Positions 45,171-53,889 of a DNA stretch of 64,000 nucleotides are shown here, in pieces. A model generated the notes under the pieces. It did not search any database. It saw only the letters and a program-made list of their open reading frames with translations, and was not told the origin of the DNA. The first letter of the stretch is position 1. Each line of letters opens with the position of its first letter. The position numbers were made by a program, and so were the translations under genes. Origin of the DNA: an uncultured Bacteroidales bacterium (GTDB taxonomy: Bacteria > Bacteroidota > Bacteroidia > Bacteroidales > WCHB1-69); assembly GCA_905235135.1 (NCBI GenBank), contig CAJOKR010000004.1, forward strand, positions 25,027-89,026, given 5' to 3'.

Positions 45171-45266
45171 ACTGAAAGCCTGCTAAGTTCTTTCTACACG
45201 CTCCCTTTACTCACATCTTATCCTTTCCTAAACTCAAATCCTTCTAAATCAAAAAAACTGATATCT

Positions 45267-45449
45267 ATGCCCCACACCCTCTACAAAACCCAAGGCACCT
45301 GCTCGCAGTTCATCGATGTGACCGTCGATGACGAGGGCGTTATCCGGCAGGTCTTCATTTATGGCGGATGCAACGGAAACAGGCAAGGGTCCTGCACCAA
45401 CATAATTCATCAGAATCGTTCAATATCACCACAAAACAAGCAACAATAG
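45267..45449 (+). pseudogene. truncated duplicate of the 5' part of the TSCPD (TIGR03905-like) gene
   Basis: The first ~42 codons parallel the gene at 46700 (MPHTLYKTQGTCSQFIDVTVDDEGVIRQV.. against MKHTLYKTQGTCSQFIDVTVDDEGVIRQV..). Similarity ends near 45393. Confidence 0.6.
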
Positions 45450-45456
45450 TCATCCT

Positions 45457-46695
45457 ATGAATAAGAACAAACAAAGAACCCTGGAGAACCTTTTTGAAGA
45501 GTTGGAGATAGAAGAGGTCCTTGATAATGCCGAAGTAATGGGGTATAATCCCGACAAACGGTTGGACAAGTTGAAAAAGCCCGAACTCATCCGGAAAGAA
45601 CTGGCACGAGCCATCCTGGATAATCCGAAAACGCTCCTGCGGCAGCTTCCCGTCGAGGATTTGATGTTACTCCACACTCTGAGAAACGCAGAACCCGGAA
45701 TGGGAATAAGTATACCCCAATCCTTGCAAATGATGTCGATGGCGCTGTTGGGAGTCGCCGACCAGTCGTTGATGATTGATGACGATTCAATGGAAATGAT
45801 CAGCATCACGGAGGATTTCAAACAAGCCATCCGTCCTTGCTTTGACGAAGTGGTGAACGACTTCGAAGTTAAGCTGCGCTTGCACATTGAAGAGTTCCTG
45901 GTCGGCGCACTCAACCTCTACGGCGTCCTGACGCGAAGCGAGCTTAAAGCCATCCTGAAAGAGTGTCTTAACCTGGGAGATGACGGCTCCGGAATGTTCA
46001 ATCATATCTACCCGTATTCCATTACCTTGAAACTGCAGGAGTACGACGGATATTTCCATGGAGGAGAGGATTTCTTCCTTTCCCCGTTTGTTCTCGATTA
46101 CGGTTCAGTCCTCAGGGAACAGGAAAAGCGAAAAGAGGTAACATCCTTGAAACATTTCGACCGTGACACTCTGAGAAAGGCCGGAGAAATGCCCATCCCC
46201 GTCATACCTAACCGCACCAGCGGAAAATTGCTGAAAACACTGCAGACCAAATTAGGTTACACAGAACCAGTCGCCCTGTTCCAACAATTTCAGATGTGGC
46301 AAATGATTCAAGAAGAAGATTTGAGCACCGTCTTGCAGATGGTAATCGAAAACGCCCCGAAGAAATTGAATGGCCTCAACGAGCTGAATGATGTGATACA
46401 AGTCCTCACAGAATTCCTGAACAACGCCCCGCGATGGATATTCCAGGGACGTTGCCCGAACGATCTTCAGCAGCCGCTCACCTCCGCCCCCTCCATCACC
46501 CTCGGACCCAACATGCAAAACATGGGATTCAGGCAGGAGGACGTGCAACAATTGGCGAATGATGTGTGGGCGGGAGGCCCATTCTTCTATCCCGGAGCGG
46601 CAGCGCCCTTCGCCAAAACGAATAAAATCGGCCGCAACGATCCCTGCCCCTGCGGGAGCGGCAAAAAATACAAGAACTGCTGTGGCAAAAACTAA
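45457..46695 (+). CDS. SEC-C metal-binding-motif protein
   Basis: The C-terminus [21 protein letters not shown] is the SEC-C motif. The rest is uncharacterised. Confidence 0.7.
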   Translation: MNKNKQRTLENLFEELEIEEVLDNAEVMGYNPDKRLDKLKKPELIRKELARAILDNPKTLLRQLPVEDLMLLHTLRNAEPGMGISIPQSLQMMSMALLGVADQSLMIDDDSMEMISITEDFKQAIRPCFDEVVNDFEVKLRLHIEEFLVGALNLYGVLTRSELKAILKECLNLGDDGSGMFNHIYPYSITLKLQEYDGYFHGGEDFFLSPFVLDYGSVLREQEKRKEVTSLKHFDRDTLRKAGEMPIPVIPNRTSGKLLKTLQTKLGYTEPVALFQQFQMWQMIQEEDLSTVLQMVIENAPKKLNGLNELNDVIQVLTEFLNNAPRWIFQGRCPNDLQQPLTSAPSITLGPNMQNMGFRQEDVQQLANDVWAGGPFFYPGAAAPFAKTNKIGRNDPCPCGSGKKYKNCCGKN

Positions 46696-46699
46696 TGTT

Positions 46700-46957
46700 A
46701 TGAAACACACCCTCTACAAAACCCAAGGCACCTGCTCGCAGTTCATCGATGTGACCGTCGATGACGAAGGCGTCATCCGGCAGGTCTCCTTTTATGGCGG
46801 TTGCCACGGTAACCTGCAAGGGATCTGTCGTTTGGTGACAGGTCAGAAAATCGATGATGTCATTCGCAAACTGGATGGCATCCGCTGCGGCGATAAAACT
46901 ACGTCTTGCCCCGACCAGCTCTGTCGGGCATTGGAAACCCTCAAAAATAACCCATAA
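46700..46957 (+). CDS. TSCPD-domain protein (TIGR03905 family)
   Basis: MKHTLYKTQGTCSQFIDVTVDDEGVIRQVSFYGGCHGNLQGICRLV.G....VIRKLDGIRCGDKTTSCPDQLCRAL. Confidence 0.8.
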   Translation: MKHTLYKTQGTCSQFIDVTVDDEGVIRQVSFYGGCHGNLQGICRLVTGQKIDDVIRKLDGIRCGDKTTSCPDQLCRALETLKNNP

Positions 46958-46958
46958 T

Positions 46959-47111
46959 ATGTCTGTTTTACGTGTCCTCCTTGCCATTTTCTTCCCGCCG
47001 TTAGCCGTGATCGACCGCGGGTGCGGGTCCGTGCTCATTGTGTTCCTGCTTACCCTCTGCGGATGGGTGCCGGGCGTCATCGGCGCACTGGTGATCCTCA
47101 ACAAGAACTGA
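46959..47111 (+). CDS. YqaE/Pmp3-family small membrane protein
   Basis: MSVLRVLLAIFFPPLAVIDRGCGSVLIVFLLTLCGWVPGVIGALVIL is a 50-aa product. Confidence 0.75.
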   Translation: MSVLRVLLAIFFPPLAVIDRGCGSVLIVFLLTLCGWVPGVIGALVILNKN

Positions 47112-47150
47112 TTTAATCGGCAATAGAATCAAGCAAAATCCATATCGATT

Positions 47151-48026
47151 ATGAAACTTACCAACAATATCATCACCATTGAGGTGGCGGAACACGGGGC
47201 AGAAATGACAAGCCTCACCAAGGATGGGCGCGAGTTCTTGTGGACGGGCGATGCACAGTTTTGGAATCGACACGCACCCATTCTCTTCCCCGCCGTGGGT
47301 AAGCCCTTCAATAAAGAGATTCACGTGAATGGCGTTGCCTACTCCTTGGGGCAACATGGCTATGCACGCGACAGTGAGTTTGCGGTTGTCGCTTCTGACA
47401 ATGACCATGAACTGCACCTACGGATGCTGGAGAACGAACATTCGAAGGCTTACCCCTATAAGTTGGGATTGGAGGTTCACTACCAATTGGAAGGCAGTGC
47501 CGTGAAGGTAGTTTGGACTGTGGAAAACCTCGACAATAAGGAGGCGTATTTCCAAATCGGCGGTCACCCGGGATTCCTGCTGCCGGATTATGACCCCGAA
47601 AGTATGGTGAACGGATATATTCGATTCTATAACAAGGAAGGGGATCTCATCGCCCCCACGCTCACCTCCGATCTCGACGATGGATGTCGTGTTCCACGAA
47701 ACTCGAAGGTCATGCTGCTTCGCGAGACGCCCCTCATGCCGGATACTTTTCTCCATGATGCGTTGATCATCGAAGAGGGACAGGTGACAAAGGTCGAGCT
47801 GTGGGACAAACACTGCAAACCCGTCTTGAATGTCAATTGTCCGCAAGCCGAAGCTTTCGGTATCTGGGCACCTCACAAGGAGGGCTGTCCGTTCGTCTGC
47901 CTTGAGCCCTGGTGCGGCATCTGCGACTCCAAAGGCTTCACCGAAGACATCTCCAAACGGCAATACATCCACTGTCTTGCCCCTGGCGACACCTTCGATT
48001 TCGTTTACACCATCGAAATCTGTTAG
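47151..48026 (+). CDS. aldose 1-epimerase family protein
   Basis: ...GAEMTSL..DGREFLWTGDAQFWNRHAPILFPAVGK...YSLGQHGYARD...GGHPGF... Confidence 0.75.
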   Translation: MKLTNNIITIEVAEHGAEMTSLTKDGREFLWTGDAQFWNRHAPILFPAVGKPFNKEIHVNGVAYSLGQHGYARDSEFAVVASDNDHELHLRMLENEHSKAYPYKLGLEVHYQLEGSAVKVVWTVENLDNKEAYFQIGGHPGFLLPDYDPESMVNGYIRFYNKEGDLIAPTLTSDLDDGCRVPRNSKVMLLRETPLMPDTFLHDALIIEEGQVTKVELWDKHCKPVLNVNCPQAEAFGIWAPHKEGCPFVCLEPWCGICDSKGFTEDISKRQYIHCLAPGDTFDFVYTIEIC

Positions 48027-48033
48027 GGCCATC

Positions 48034-48609
48034 ATGACCGACACGATGACTCCCCAGCAACGCCACTACTGCATGTCGCGGATACGCAGTAAGGATACTA
48101 CGCCCGAGAGGCGCGTACGACAATGGTTGTGGCAACACGGCTACCGCTACCGGCTTTGCGTGAAGGGGGTTCCAGGGAAACCTGACATCGTAATGCGGAA
48201 GTATCGGACGGCGATTTTCGTGAACGGATGTTTTTGGCACGGACACCTTATTCAATTAAGAATTAAGAATGCAGAATTAAGAATGAATGGGGAAGGGCCG
48301 GAAACACACAGTTCAAAATGTTGCAAGATTCCGAATACCAATCGCGAATTTTGGGTGGCGAAGATACGGCGGAATCAGGAGCGGGACCAGCAAAATTACA
48401 AGGTGTTGGAGGAGAATGGGTGGCAGGTGATTGTGCTGTGGGAGTGTCAACTGAAGCCCAAAAAACTGGAGCAGACGATGTTACAAGTGGAAATCCAACT
48501 CCACGACTTCTACCTCAAAACCTTCAACTACCGGTCGAAATCGTACATTCATATCGAAGAGGAAAACCTGCCGATGGTGGCAGAGGATCCAGAAGAGTAT
48601 GGACAATAA
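48034..48609 (+). CDS. vsr: very-short-patch-repair endonuclease (Vsr) with a 23-codon in-frame insertion
   Basis: ...RIRSKDTTPERRVRQWLWQHGYRYRL....PGKPDIV....TAIFVNGCFWHGH[LIQLRIKNAELRMNGEGPETHSS]KCCKIPNTNREFWVAKIRRNQERD...GWQVIVLWECQL. Confidence 0.8.
   Translation: MTDTMTPQQRHYCMSRIRSKDTTPERRVRQWLWQHGYRYRLCVKGVPGKPDIVMRKYRTAIFVNGCFWHGHLIQLRIKNAELRMNGEGPETHSSKCCKIPNTNREFWVAKIRRNQERDQQNYKVLEENGWQVIVLWECQLKPKKLEQTMLQVEIQLHDFYLKTFNYRSKSYIHIEEENLPMVAEDPEEYGQ
48254..48287. repeat. 7-bp-period array (AATTAAG units) inside the vsr coding sequence
   Basis: AATTAAG AATTAAG AATGCAG AATTAAG AATGA has the same template as 10488-10520, with T-to-A in every unit. Confidence 0.7.
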
Positions 48610-48620
48610 ACAGAACGATT

Positions 48621-49019
48621 ATGAAACATATTACCGTAGCAGCAGCTATTATCCACGATGAGGAGAACCGCATCTTCGCCACCCAGCGGGGATCCGGCGA
48701 CTGGAAGGACTGGTGGGAGTTCCCGGGCGGGAAAATCGAACCCGGGGAGACACCCGAAGAGGCTGTCCGACGCGAGATTTGGGAAGAATTGGAGACCCAC
48801 ATCATCGTCGGGGAACTGTTGCATACCATCGAGTGGGACTATCCCAAATTCCACCTTACCATGCACTGCTTCCTCTGCACCATCGAGAGCGGCTCGCTGA
48901 CCCTCCTCGAACACGAGGCCGCCCGCTGGCTCGCCCCCGACGAACTGGACAGCGTGCAGTGGCTACCGGCGGATTTGGAGGTGATTGAAATGCTGAAGGA
49001 GAAGACTAAGTTAGTTTAA
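48621..49019 (+). CDS. mutT: NUDIX hydrolase, MutT-like (8-oxo-dGTP diphosphatase family)
   Basis: ...WEFPGGKIEPGETPEEAVRREIWEELE... is the Nudix box. Confidence 0.75.
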   Translation: MKHITVAAAIIHDEENRIFATQRGSGDWKDWWEFPGGKIEPGETPEEAVRREIWEELETHIIVGELLHTIEWDYPKFHLTMHCFLCTIESGSLTLLEHEAARWLAPDELDSVQWLPADLEVIEMLKEKTKLV

Positions 49020-49100
49020 GGTTTAGGGTTAAAGGTTTTACTTTGAACCTTGAACTTTGAACTCTTTGAAACTTGAAACCTGAAACTTGGAACCATTGGA
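49012..49100. repeat. short-period degenerate array (GGTTTA / TTGAAC words)
   Basis: tagtttaaggtttagggttaaaggttttactttgaaccttgaactttgaactctttgaaacttgaaacctgaaacttggaacc. Confidence 0.6.
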
Positions 49101-49141
49101 ATTTTTAATACGAAAAAAACATACATCAATAGGATAGTAAC

Positions 49142-50350
49142 ATGAACATTGCAGTCTATACCCTGACTTCCGCCCTGCACGACCCGCAGGCGCTGGATAC
49201 GCTCACGAAAGAGTTTCTAACCTCCTTGAATGTCCCGTACATTCTGAAAGGCGACGATTTTACTGACTATGGAAGTCACGAGCTTGATTTGATCTATGTC
49301 CGCACGGGCGGCACCGAAGGCCTCTTTCAGCAACGGATGCCTGTGCTGGCCGAAAAATCTGACGCTCCGTTCTATCTTCTAGCTTCCGACAAGAGCAACT
49401 CGTTGGCAGCCTCATTAGAGATTCTCTCCTACCTGCAACAGCAAGGGAAGCAAGGTGAGATTCTGCATGGCAATCCCGAATACATCGCCTCGCGCATCCA
49501 ATTGCTATGCCAGGTGGAATCGGCTGTCAAACGGCTGCGCCACTGCCGATTAGGGGTCATCGGGAAACCTTCCGACTGGCTCATTGCCAGCCAAGTGGAT
49601 ACGGAGTGCGTCCGACAGAAACTGGACGTTGAACTGCTGGAGATTCCCATGAGCGAACTGTTAGACACACTGACCGCAACCCCTACACCCTCACCAACGG
49701 AACATAGTGATATGCCTGCGGTCAATGAGGCGCTACCTGGTGCCTGCCGTCTCTATGAGGCAATGAAAACCATAGTGAAAAAACATGATTTACAAGGGCT
49801 TACAATCCGTTGCTTCGATTTATTGGATGCTGTTCACAATACCGGTTGCTGGGCGTTGGCAAAGCTGAACGCAGAAGGTTATATTGCAGGTTGCGAGGGC
49901 GATGTTCCCACCATGCTGACCATGATGCTGCTTCGCACTCTGTCCGGCACCTCCTCTTTCCAAGCGAACCCTGCCAGCATCGATCCTGAAACCGGCGAGA
50001 TTCTCTTCGCCCACTGCACCATCCCCTTTGATATGGTGCAACGTTACGAATTGGACACGCATTTCGAATCGGGAATCGGGGTCGGCATACGTGGTTTCGT
50101 GCCGGAAGGACCTGTCACGATTTGCAAAGTTTCGGGAGATTTGTCACGGGCGTTCATCGCGGAAGGGAAGCTGGTTCGCAGTCAGGCAAAGCCGGACCTC
50201 TGCCGCACGCAGTTAGTGGTGCGTCTTGCCAATCCGTCCGATACCGATTATTTTTTGACGAATCCTATTGGGAATCACCATGTTATCGTAGTCGGACAGC
50301 GCGCAGAAGCACTAAAAGCATTGTTACGGAGATGTTCCATCTGTTGTTAG
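49142..50350 (+). CDS. L-fucose/L-arabinose isomerase-like family protein
   Basis: ...RCFDLLDAVHNTGCWALAKLNAEGYIAGCEGDVPTMLTMMLL... resembles the C-terminal catalytic region of sugar isomerases. The assignment is from memory. Confidence 0.45.
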   Translation: MNIAVYTLTSALHDPQALDTLTKEFLTSLNVPYILKGDDFTDYGSHELDLIYVRTGGTEGLFQQRMPVLAEKSDAPFYLLASDKSNSLAASLEILSYLQQQGKQGEILHGNPEYIASRIQLLCQVESAVKRLRHCRLGVIGKPSDWLIASQVDTECVRQKLDVELLEIPMSELLDTLTATPTPSPTEHSDMPAVNEALPGACRLYEAMKTIVKKHDLQGLTIRCFDLLDAVHNTGCWALAKLNAEGYIAGCEGDVPTMLTMMLLRTLSGTSSFQANPASIDPETGEILFAHCTIPFDMVQRYELDTHFESGIGVGIRGFVPEGPVTICKVSGDLSRAFIAEGKLVRSQAKPDLCRTQLVVRLANPSDTDYFLTNPIGNHHVIVVGQRAEALKALLRRCSICC

Positions 50351-50363
50351 AATATTTATCACG

Positions 50364-51134
50364 ATGACCACCTATTACAATTTTGAGCATTCAACAATAA
50401 CAAAAGTGGTTGGAAGTGCCCCGGGGGGACAACTGGAACTCCTTCAGCCTCTGAATTTTAACAGCATGCAACAATTGTTCAACAAGTTGCCAAAACAATC
50501 GGAATTCAGGCTGAAAGGGAATTCTCGCCTTACAGATTTACTCTATTGCCTTAATATTAGCACTATCAATAACTTTATTGTCAGTTCCAAAATGTATTCC
50601 ATATTGAAGAAATTCAATCTTCAAGAACACCAATGGGAAAGTTGTACCATTAGAAAAAAGGACAAAACCTGGGACTATCATCTGCTCAGATTTGCGCAAC
50701 CGCGTGATAATAAAAGGCGTCCACAGCTCTGTTGTCCAGAAATGGTGGATTGGAAAAATTCGGTTTTTTTTGAGGATTCCTATGCTCGTTTTGGGGGAAT
50801 AAAAGGGAATGAGTCCATCTTAAAAATTAACAGCTATGATGACTATCTGAAAGTACAAGCCGAATATAATCGCAAATTCGATGAACATGAAAATATAGAC
50901 TTGGCAATTGGTGTCTTAAAATTTGCTTTCAACGAGGAATATATGGAGAAAAACAACCCCGATATGTGTTGGTTGTACCCATTGCATTCAAATCCGTTGA
51001 TTTCGGAAAGACTAAAAACGGCATTAGAGGAAAACGATATCACAAGTGTGGAAACGATGGAAATAAACTCCTATCTCTGTCGCAACGATGCAGAAGTACT
51101 TGGCAATACCTTTAAGGAACTTGGCGTGCGGTAA
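50364..51134 (+). CDS. hypothetical protein
   Basis: A 256-aa ORF with no recognised motif. Confidence 0.45.
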   Translation: MTTYYNFEHSTITKVVGSAPGGQLELLQPLNFNSMQQLFNKLPKQSEFRLKGNSRLTDLLYCLNISTINNFIVSSKMYSILKKFNLQEHQWESCTIRKKDKTWDYHLLRFAQPRDNKRRPQLCCPEMVDWKNSVFFEDSYARFGGIKGNESILKINSYDDYLKVQAEYNRKFDEHENIDLAIGVLKFAFNEEYMEKNNPDMCWLYPLHSNPLISERLKTALEENDITSVETMEINSYLCRNDAEVLGNTFKELGVR

Positions 51135-51205
51135 AGACCATAAATTCAACAGTCTTGTTCTGTATAAGTTTTTTTACAAAAATGTGGTTGAATCGAAAAT
51201 AGTTG

Positions 51206-51213
51206 TATTTTTG
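51206..51213 (+). promoter_or_regulatory. -7 box TATTTTTG upstream of abiEi
   Basis: ttgTATTTTTGcag lies 59 nt upstream of ATG 51272. Confidence 0.4.
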
Positions 51214-51271
51214 CAGCGGAAAAGTTGTAAAGATATGCATTAAGTGATACGTTTGACAACAAAAAGGTAAT

Positions 51272-52066
51272 ATGACAGTTACGGAATACATACGCGAAAG
51301 GGAGATACGAGGACGTGTGACGTTCACGATTGATGATGTCCGTCAAGCTGTGAACTTGTCGGACAATTCGCTTGTCACAGAATTGCAAAGACAAGTGGCT
51401 CGCGGTAGAATATGCATTCCTTATCGCGGTTTCTATGTCATTATACCTCCTCAATATGCTTTGAAGGGTGTTGTTCCTCCTACTTATTATATTGATAATC
51501 TGATGAATGCTGTCAGAAAACCCTATTATATATGCTTGCTGTCGGCCGCAGAATTTTACGGTGCCTGCCACCAGCGAGCTATGCAAACCCAAGTGATGAC
51601 AATAGCACCCCGATTAAAGCCCTCGAAGATGAATAATTTGTTGAACTGGAACTATCGTCAGCTAATTCCTTCTGAATTATTGATGAAAAAAAATGCTGAA
51701 ATGGGGGTGATAGTCTATTCCTCTGCCGAGTTGACAGCCATTGACCTCGTCCAATTTGCAAGCCACGTAGGTGGTTACCAACGAGCAGCCACGGTTCTTG
51801 CGGAATTAATGGAAAGTGTTGATGTAGAGCGAATTGAATCCGTTTTACCTTATACTACTACAGCAACCGTTCAACGCTTGGGTTATCTTTTAGAATTTAT
51901 TTTGGAGGAGCAGCATAAAGCCGACAAACTGTATAAGTTGTTGAAAGCATCAACTCCAAAATGGAAAAAGGTATTGATGAGCAATGCCAGCGAAGAAGAA
52001 GGCAGAAGCACAAGTAATCGATGGTATGTGGATATGAATATTGAAATTGAAATTGATGACCTATGA
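51272..52066 (+). CDS. type IV toxin-antitoxin system AbiEi-family antitoxin
   Basis: ...TFTIDDVRQAV......RGRICIPYRGFYVIIPPQY...VPPTYYIDNLM....KPYYICLLSAAEFYGA.HQ. Confidence 0.75.
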   Translation: MTVTEYIREREIRGRVTFTIDDVRQAVNLSDNSLVTELQRQVARGRICIPYRGFYVIIPPQYALKGVVPPTYYIDNLMNAVRKPYYICLLSAAEFYGACHQRAMQTQVMTIAPRLKPSKMNNLLNWNYRQLIPSELLMKKNAEMGVIVYSSAELTAIDLVQFASHVGGYQRAATVLAELMESVDVERIESVLPYTTTATVQRLGYLLEFILEEQHKADKLYKLLKASTPKWKKVLMSNASEEEGRSTSNRWYVDMNIEIEIDDL

Positions 52067-52869
52067 TAGACAAATCAGCAATTATAGAATGGACTGAACA
52101 AGCACCTTGGATATATGCCAATATGGTCGAACAAGACCTCATCATTTGCAAGGCCTTGGTCTGCATTTTCAGTGATGAATTTTTGGCATCGCAATTGGCA
52201 TTTCGGGGAGGCACGGCGTTGCACAAACTGTTCCTCACTCCGCAATCTCGCTACAGCGAAGACATTGACCTCGTGCAAATCCATCCCGGTCCCATCAAGC
52301 CCATCTTGTTCCGTCTTGGGGAGGTGCTGTCGTGGCTTCCTGGCAAAGTGACGAAGCAGAAACGGTACAACAACACGATGTTTTTCCGTATGGAATCTGA
52401 AGTTCCGCCGATACAACCTTTACGACTGAAAATTGAAATCAACTGCTACGAGCATTTTAACGTTCTGGGATTGCAAAAAATGCCGTTTGAAGTCCATAAC
52501 TCTTGGTTCAGCGGTAGATGCGAAATCACCACTTACACCCTTAACGAGTTGATTGGGACCAAGTTGCGGGCCTTGTACCAAAGAAAAAAGGGTCGCGACT
52601 TGTTCGATTTGCAAGTGGCTTTGGAAAGCGGAAACATAGACGTGGCACGGGTGCTGGAATGCTATCAAAAGTACATGGAATTTGTGGTGGAGAAGGTTCC
52701 TACCTACAAACAGTTCGTGCAAAATATGGAACTGAAGTTGCAGACACCGGAATTTTTAGGAGATATGGATATATTGGTCCGCGAAGGGGCTGAACAATTC
52801 AATCCGAACAAGGCTTACGATCTGGTCAAGAAAACCTTCATCGACCTTATGCCCGGAAGTAGAGATTAG
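52063..52869 (+). CDS. nucleotidyltransferase AbiEii/AbiGii-family toxin
   Basis: ...LAFRGGTALHKLFL...RYSEDIDLV...GTKLRALYQRKKGRDLFDL. An ATGA overlap links it to abiEi. Confidence 0.8.
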   Translation: MIDKSAIIEWTEQAPWIYANMVEQDLIICKALVCIFSDEFLASQLAFRGGTALHKLFLTPQSRYSEDIDLVQIHPGPIKPILFRLGEVLSWLPGKVTKQKRYNNTMFFRMESEVPPIQPLRLKIEINCYEHFNVLGLQKMPFEVHNSWFSGRCEITTYTLNELIGTKLRALYQRKKGRDLFDLQVALESGNIDVARVLECYQKYMEFVVEKVPTYKQFVQNMELKLQTPEFLGDMDILVREGAEQFNPNKAYDLVKKTFIDLMPGSRD

Positions 52870-52903
52870 ATTTTTGCAAATAACAATTAAAAAAAACAAT
52901 ATT

Positions 52904-53824
52904 ATGAAAAAAATCCTGATTTTTGCCATCGCCGCGCTGTTGTTTGCGGCATGTAGTGATTCTGAAAAACAGCTGCAGAAACGTGCGGCCGAGCTGTGCC
53001 AGTATATCCCCGACCACGAACTGCTGGAGAAGTCTAAAGACTATATGACGGCGGATTTTTACGCTGTTTTGGACACGATGTTCAACCAGCTGCCGGAGTT
53101 CGAAGCCATGGACCACGAATGGCTTTACTATTTTGTGACGGGCAATGGCGGAACCATCGCGGATTATGAGGTGGTCGGTGTAGAGAAAACCGATGACACC
53201 CACGCAATTGCGACCATCAAGGTGCGCCAGAAATGGGAAGACGGCTCGTTCGACGAATCGTCTGATATCGAGGAACATAAGCTCTATATGGAGAAAGTGA
53301 ACGGTCAATGGCTGATGTCCGATTTCGACGAGCATAAGGCCGACTGCATCCGCCATATCGCCATCAACAAAAAGGAGCAGGTCGTACGCAACGCCATCAG
53401 CGACTATCTGGTGAAGGAAATCGGCGAACATTACCTGAAAGGCGAACTCTGCATCCCCATGATGATCATGATACACGAGGAGGACGAACTCTTCATGGGC
53501 GACTTCTGGGTGCTTTGGTACAACCAGGTTGGCGACACACTCAAGTGCGTCTCCGGCGGCAATCACTCCGGTTTGATGACCCTGAGCAAGGAAGGCGACC
53601 AGTATAAGGTGACTTCCTTCGAGCAGACTGTTGACGGAGCCGGCAACGAGGCCAGCGCCAAACGCATCTTTGGCAGCTATTTCGACATCTACCAAAACAT
53701 CCACTCCAATGATAAAGTCCGCGAAGCTGTCCGTCAGGAGCAACTGCGCGAATATGTGAAAAAACACAACCTCAACGTCAAATACTATCAGGATTTCGGT
53801 TGGCCCGCCGTGGAACTGAATTAG
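52904..53824 (+). CDS. hypothetical lipoprotein
   Basis: MKKILIFAIAALLFAACSD contains a lipobox. The start is at the internal ATG 52904. Confidence 0.6.
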   Translation: MKKILIFAIAALLFAACSDSEKQLQKRAAELCQYIPDHELLEKSKDYMTADFYAVLDTMFNQLPEFEAMDHEWLYYFVTGNGGTIADYEVVGVEKTDDTHAIATIKVRQKWEDGSFDESSDIEEHKLYMEKVNGQWLMSDFDEHKADCIRHIAINKKEQVVRNAISDYLVKEIGEHYLKGELCIPMMIMIHEEDELFMGDFWVLWYNQVGDTLKCVSGGNHSGLMTLSKEGDQYKVTSFEQTVDGAGNEASAKRIFGSYFDIYQNIHSNDKVREAVRQEQLREYVKKHNLNVKYYQDFGWPAVELN

Positions 53825-53889
53825 CGAACTCCTACGAATCCGTCAATTAGAATGCCTGCCGCCCATCCGCAACATGGAGACATGAATCC

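Noticed and set aside
35315-45266. An integrase, transposase or conjugation gene that would define the island as an integrative element was looked for.
   Set aside because: No ORF in any frame shows tyrosine or serine recombinase, DDE transposase or relaxase motifs. The only mobility-related hints are repeat scars, which are reported as findings.
45457-46695. The SEC-C protein was considered as part of the defence operon or as a mobile cargo gene.
   Set aside because: Its composition is backbone-like. It is separated from the methyltransferase gene by about 290 nt and a gene fragment, and only the C-terminal zinc-binding motif is recognisable. There is no evidence for a defence role.
10488-49100. 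The short tandem arrays were considered as possible CRISPR arrays.
   Set aside because: The units are 7-11 bp with no unique spacers of 25-40 bp, and no cas genes are present. They are microsatellite-like arrays.
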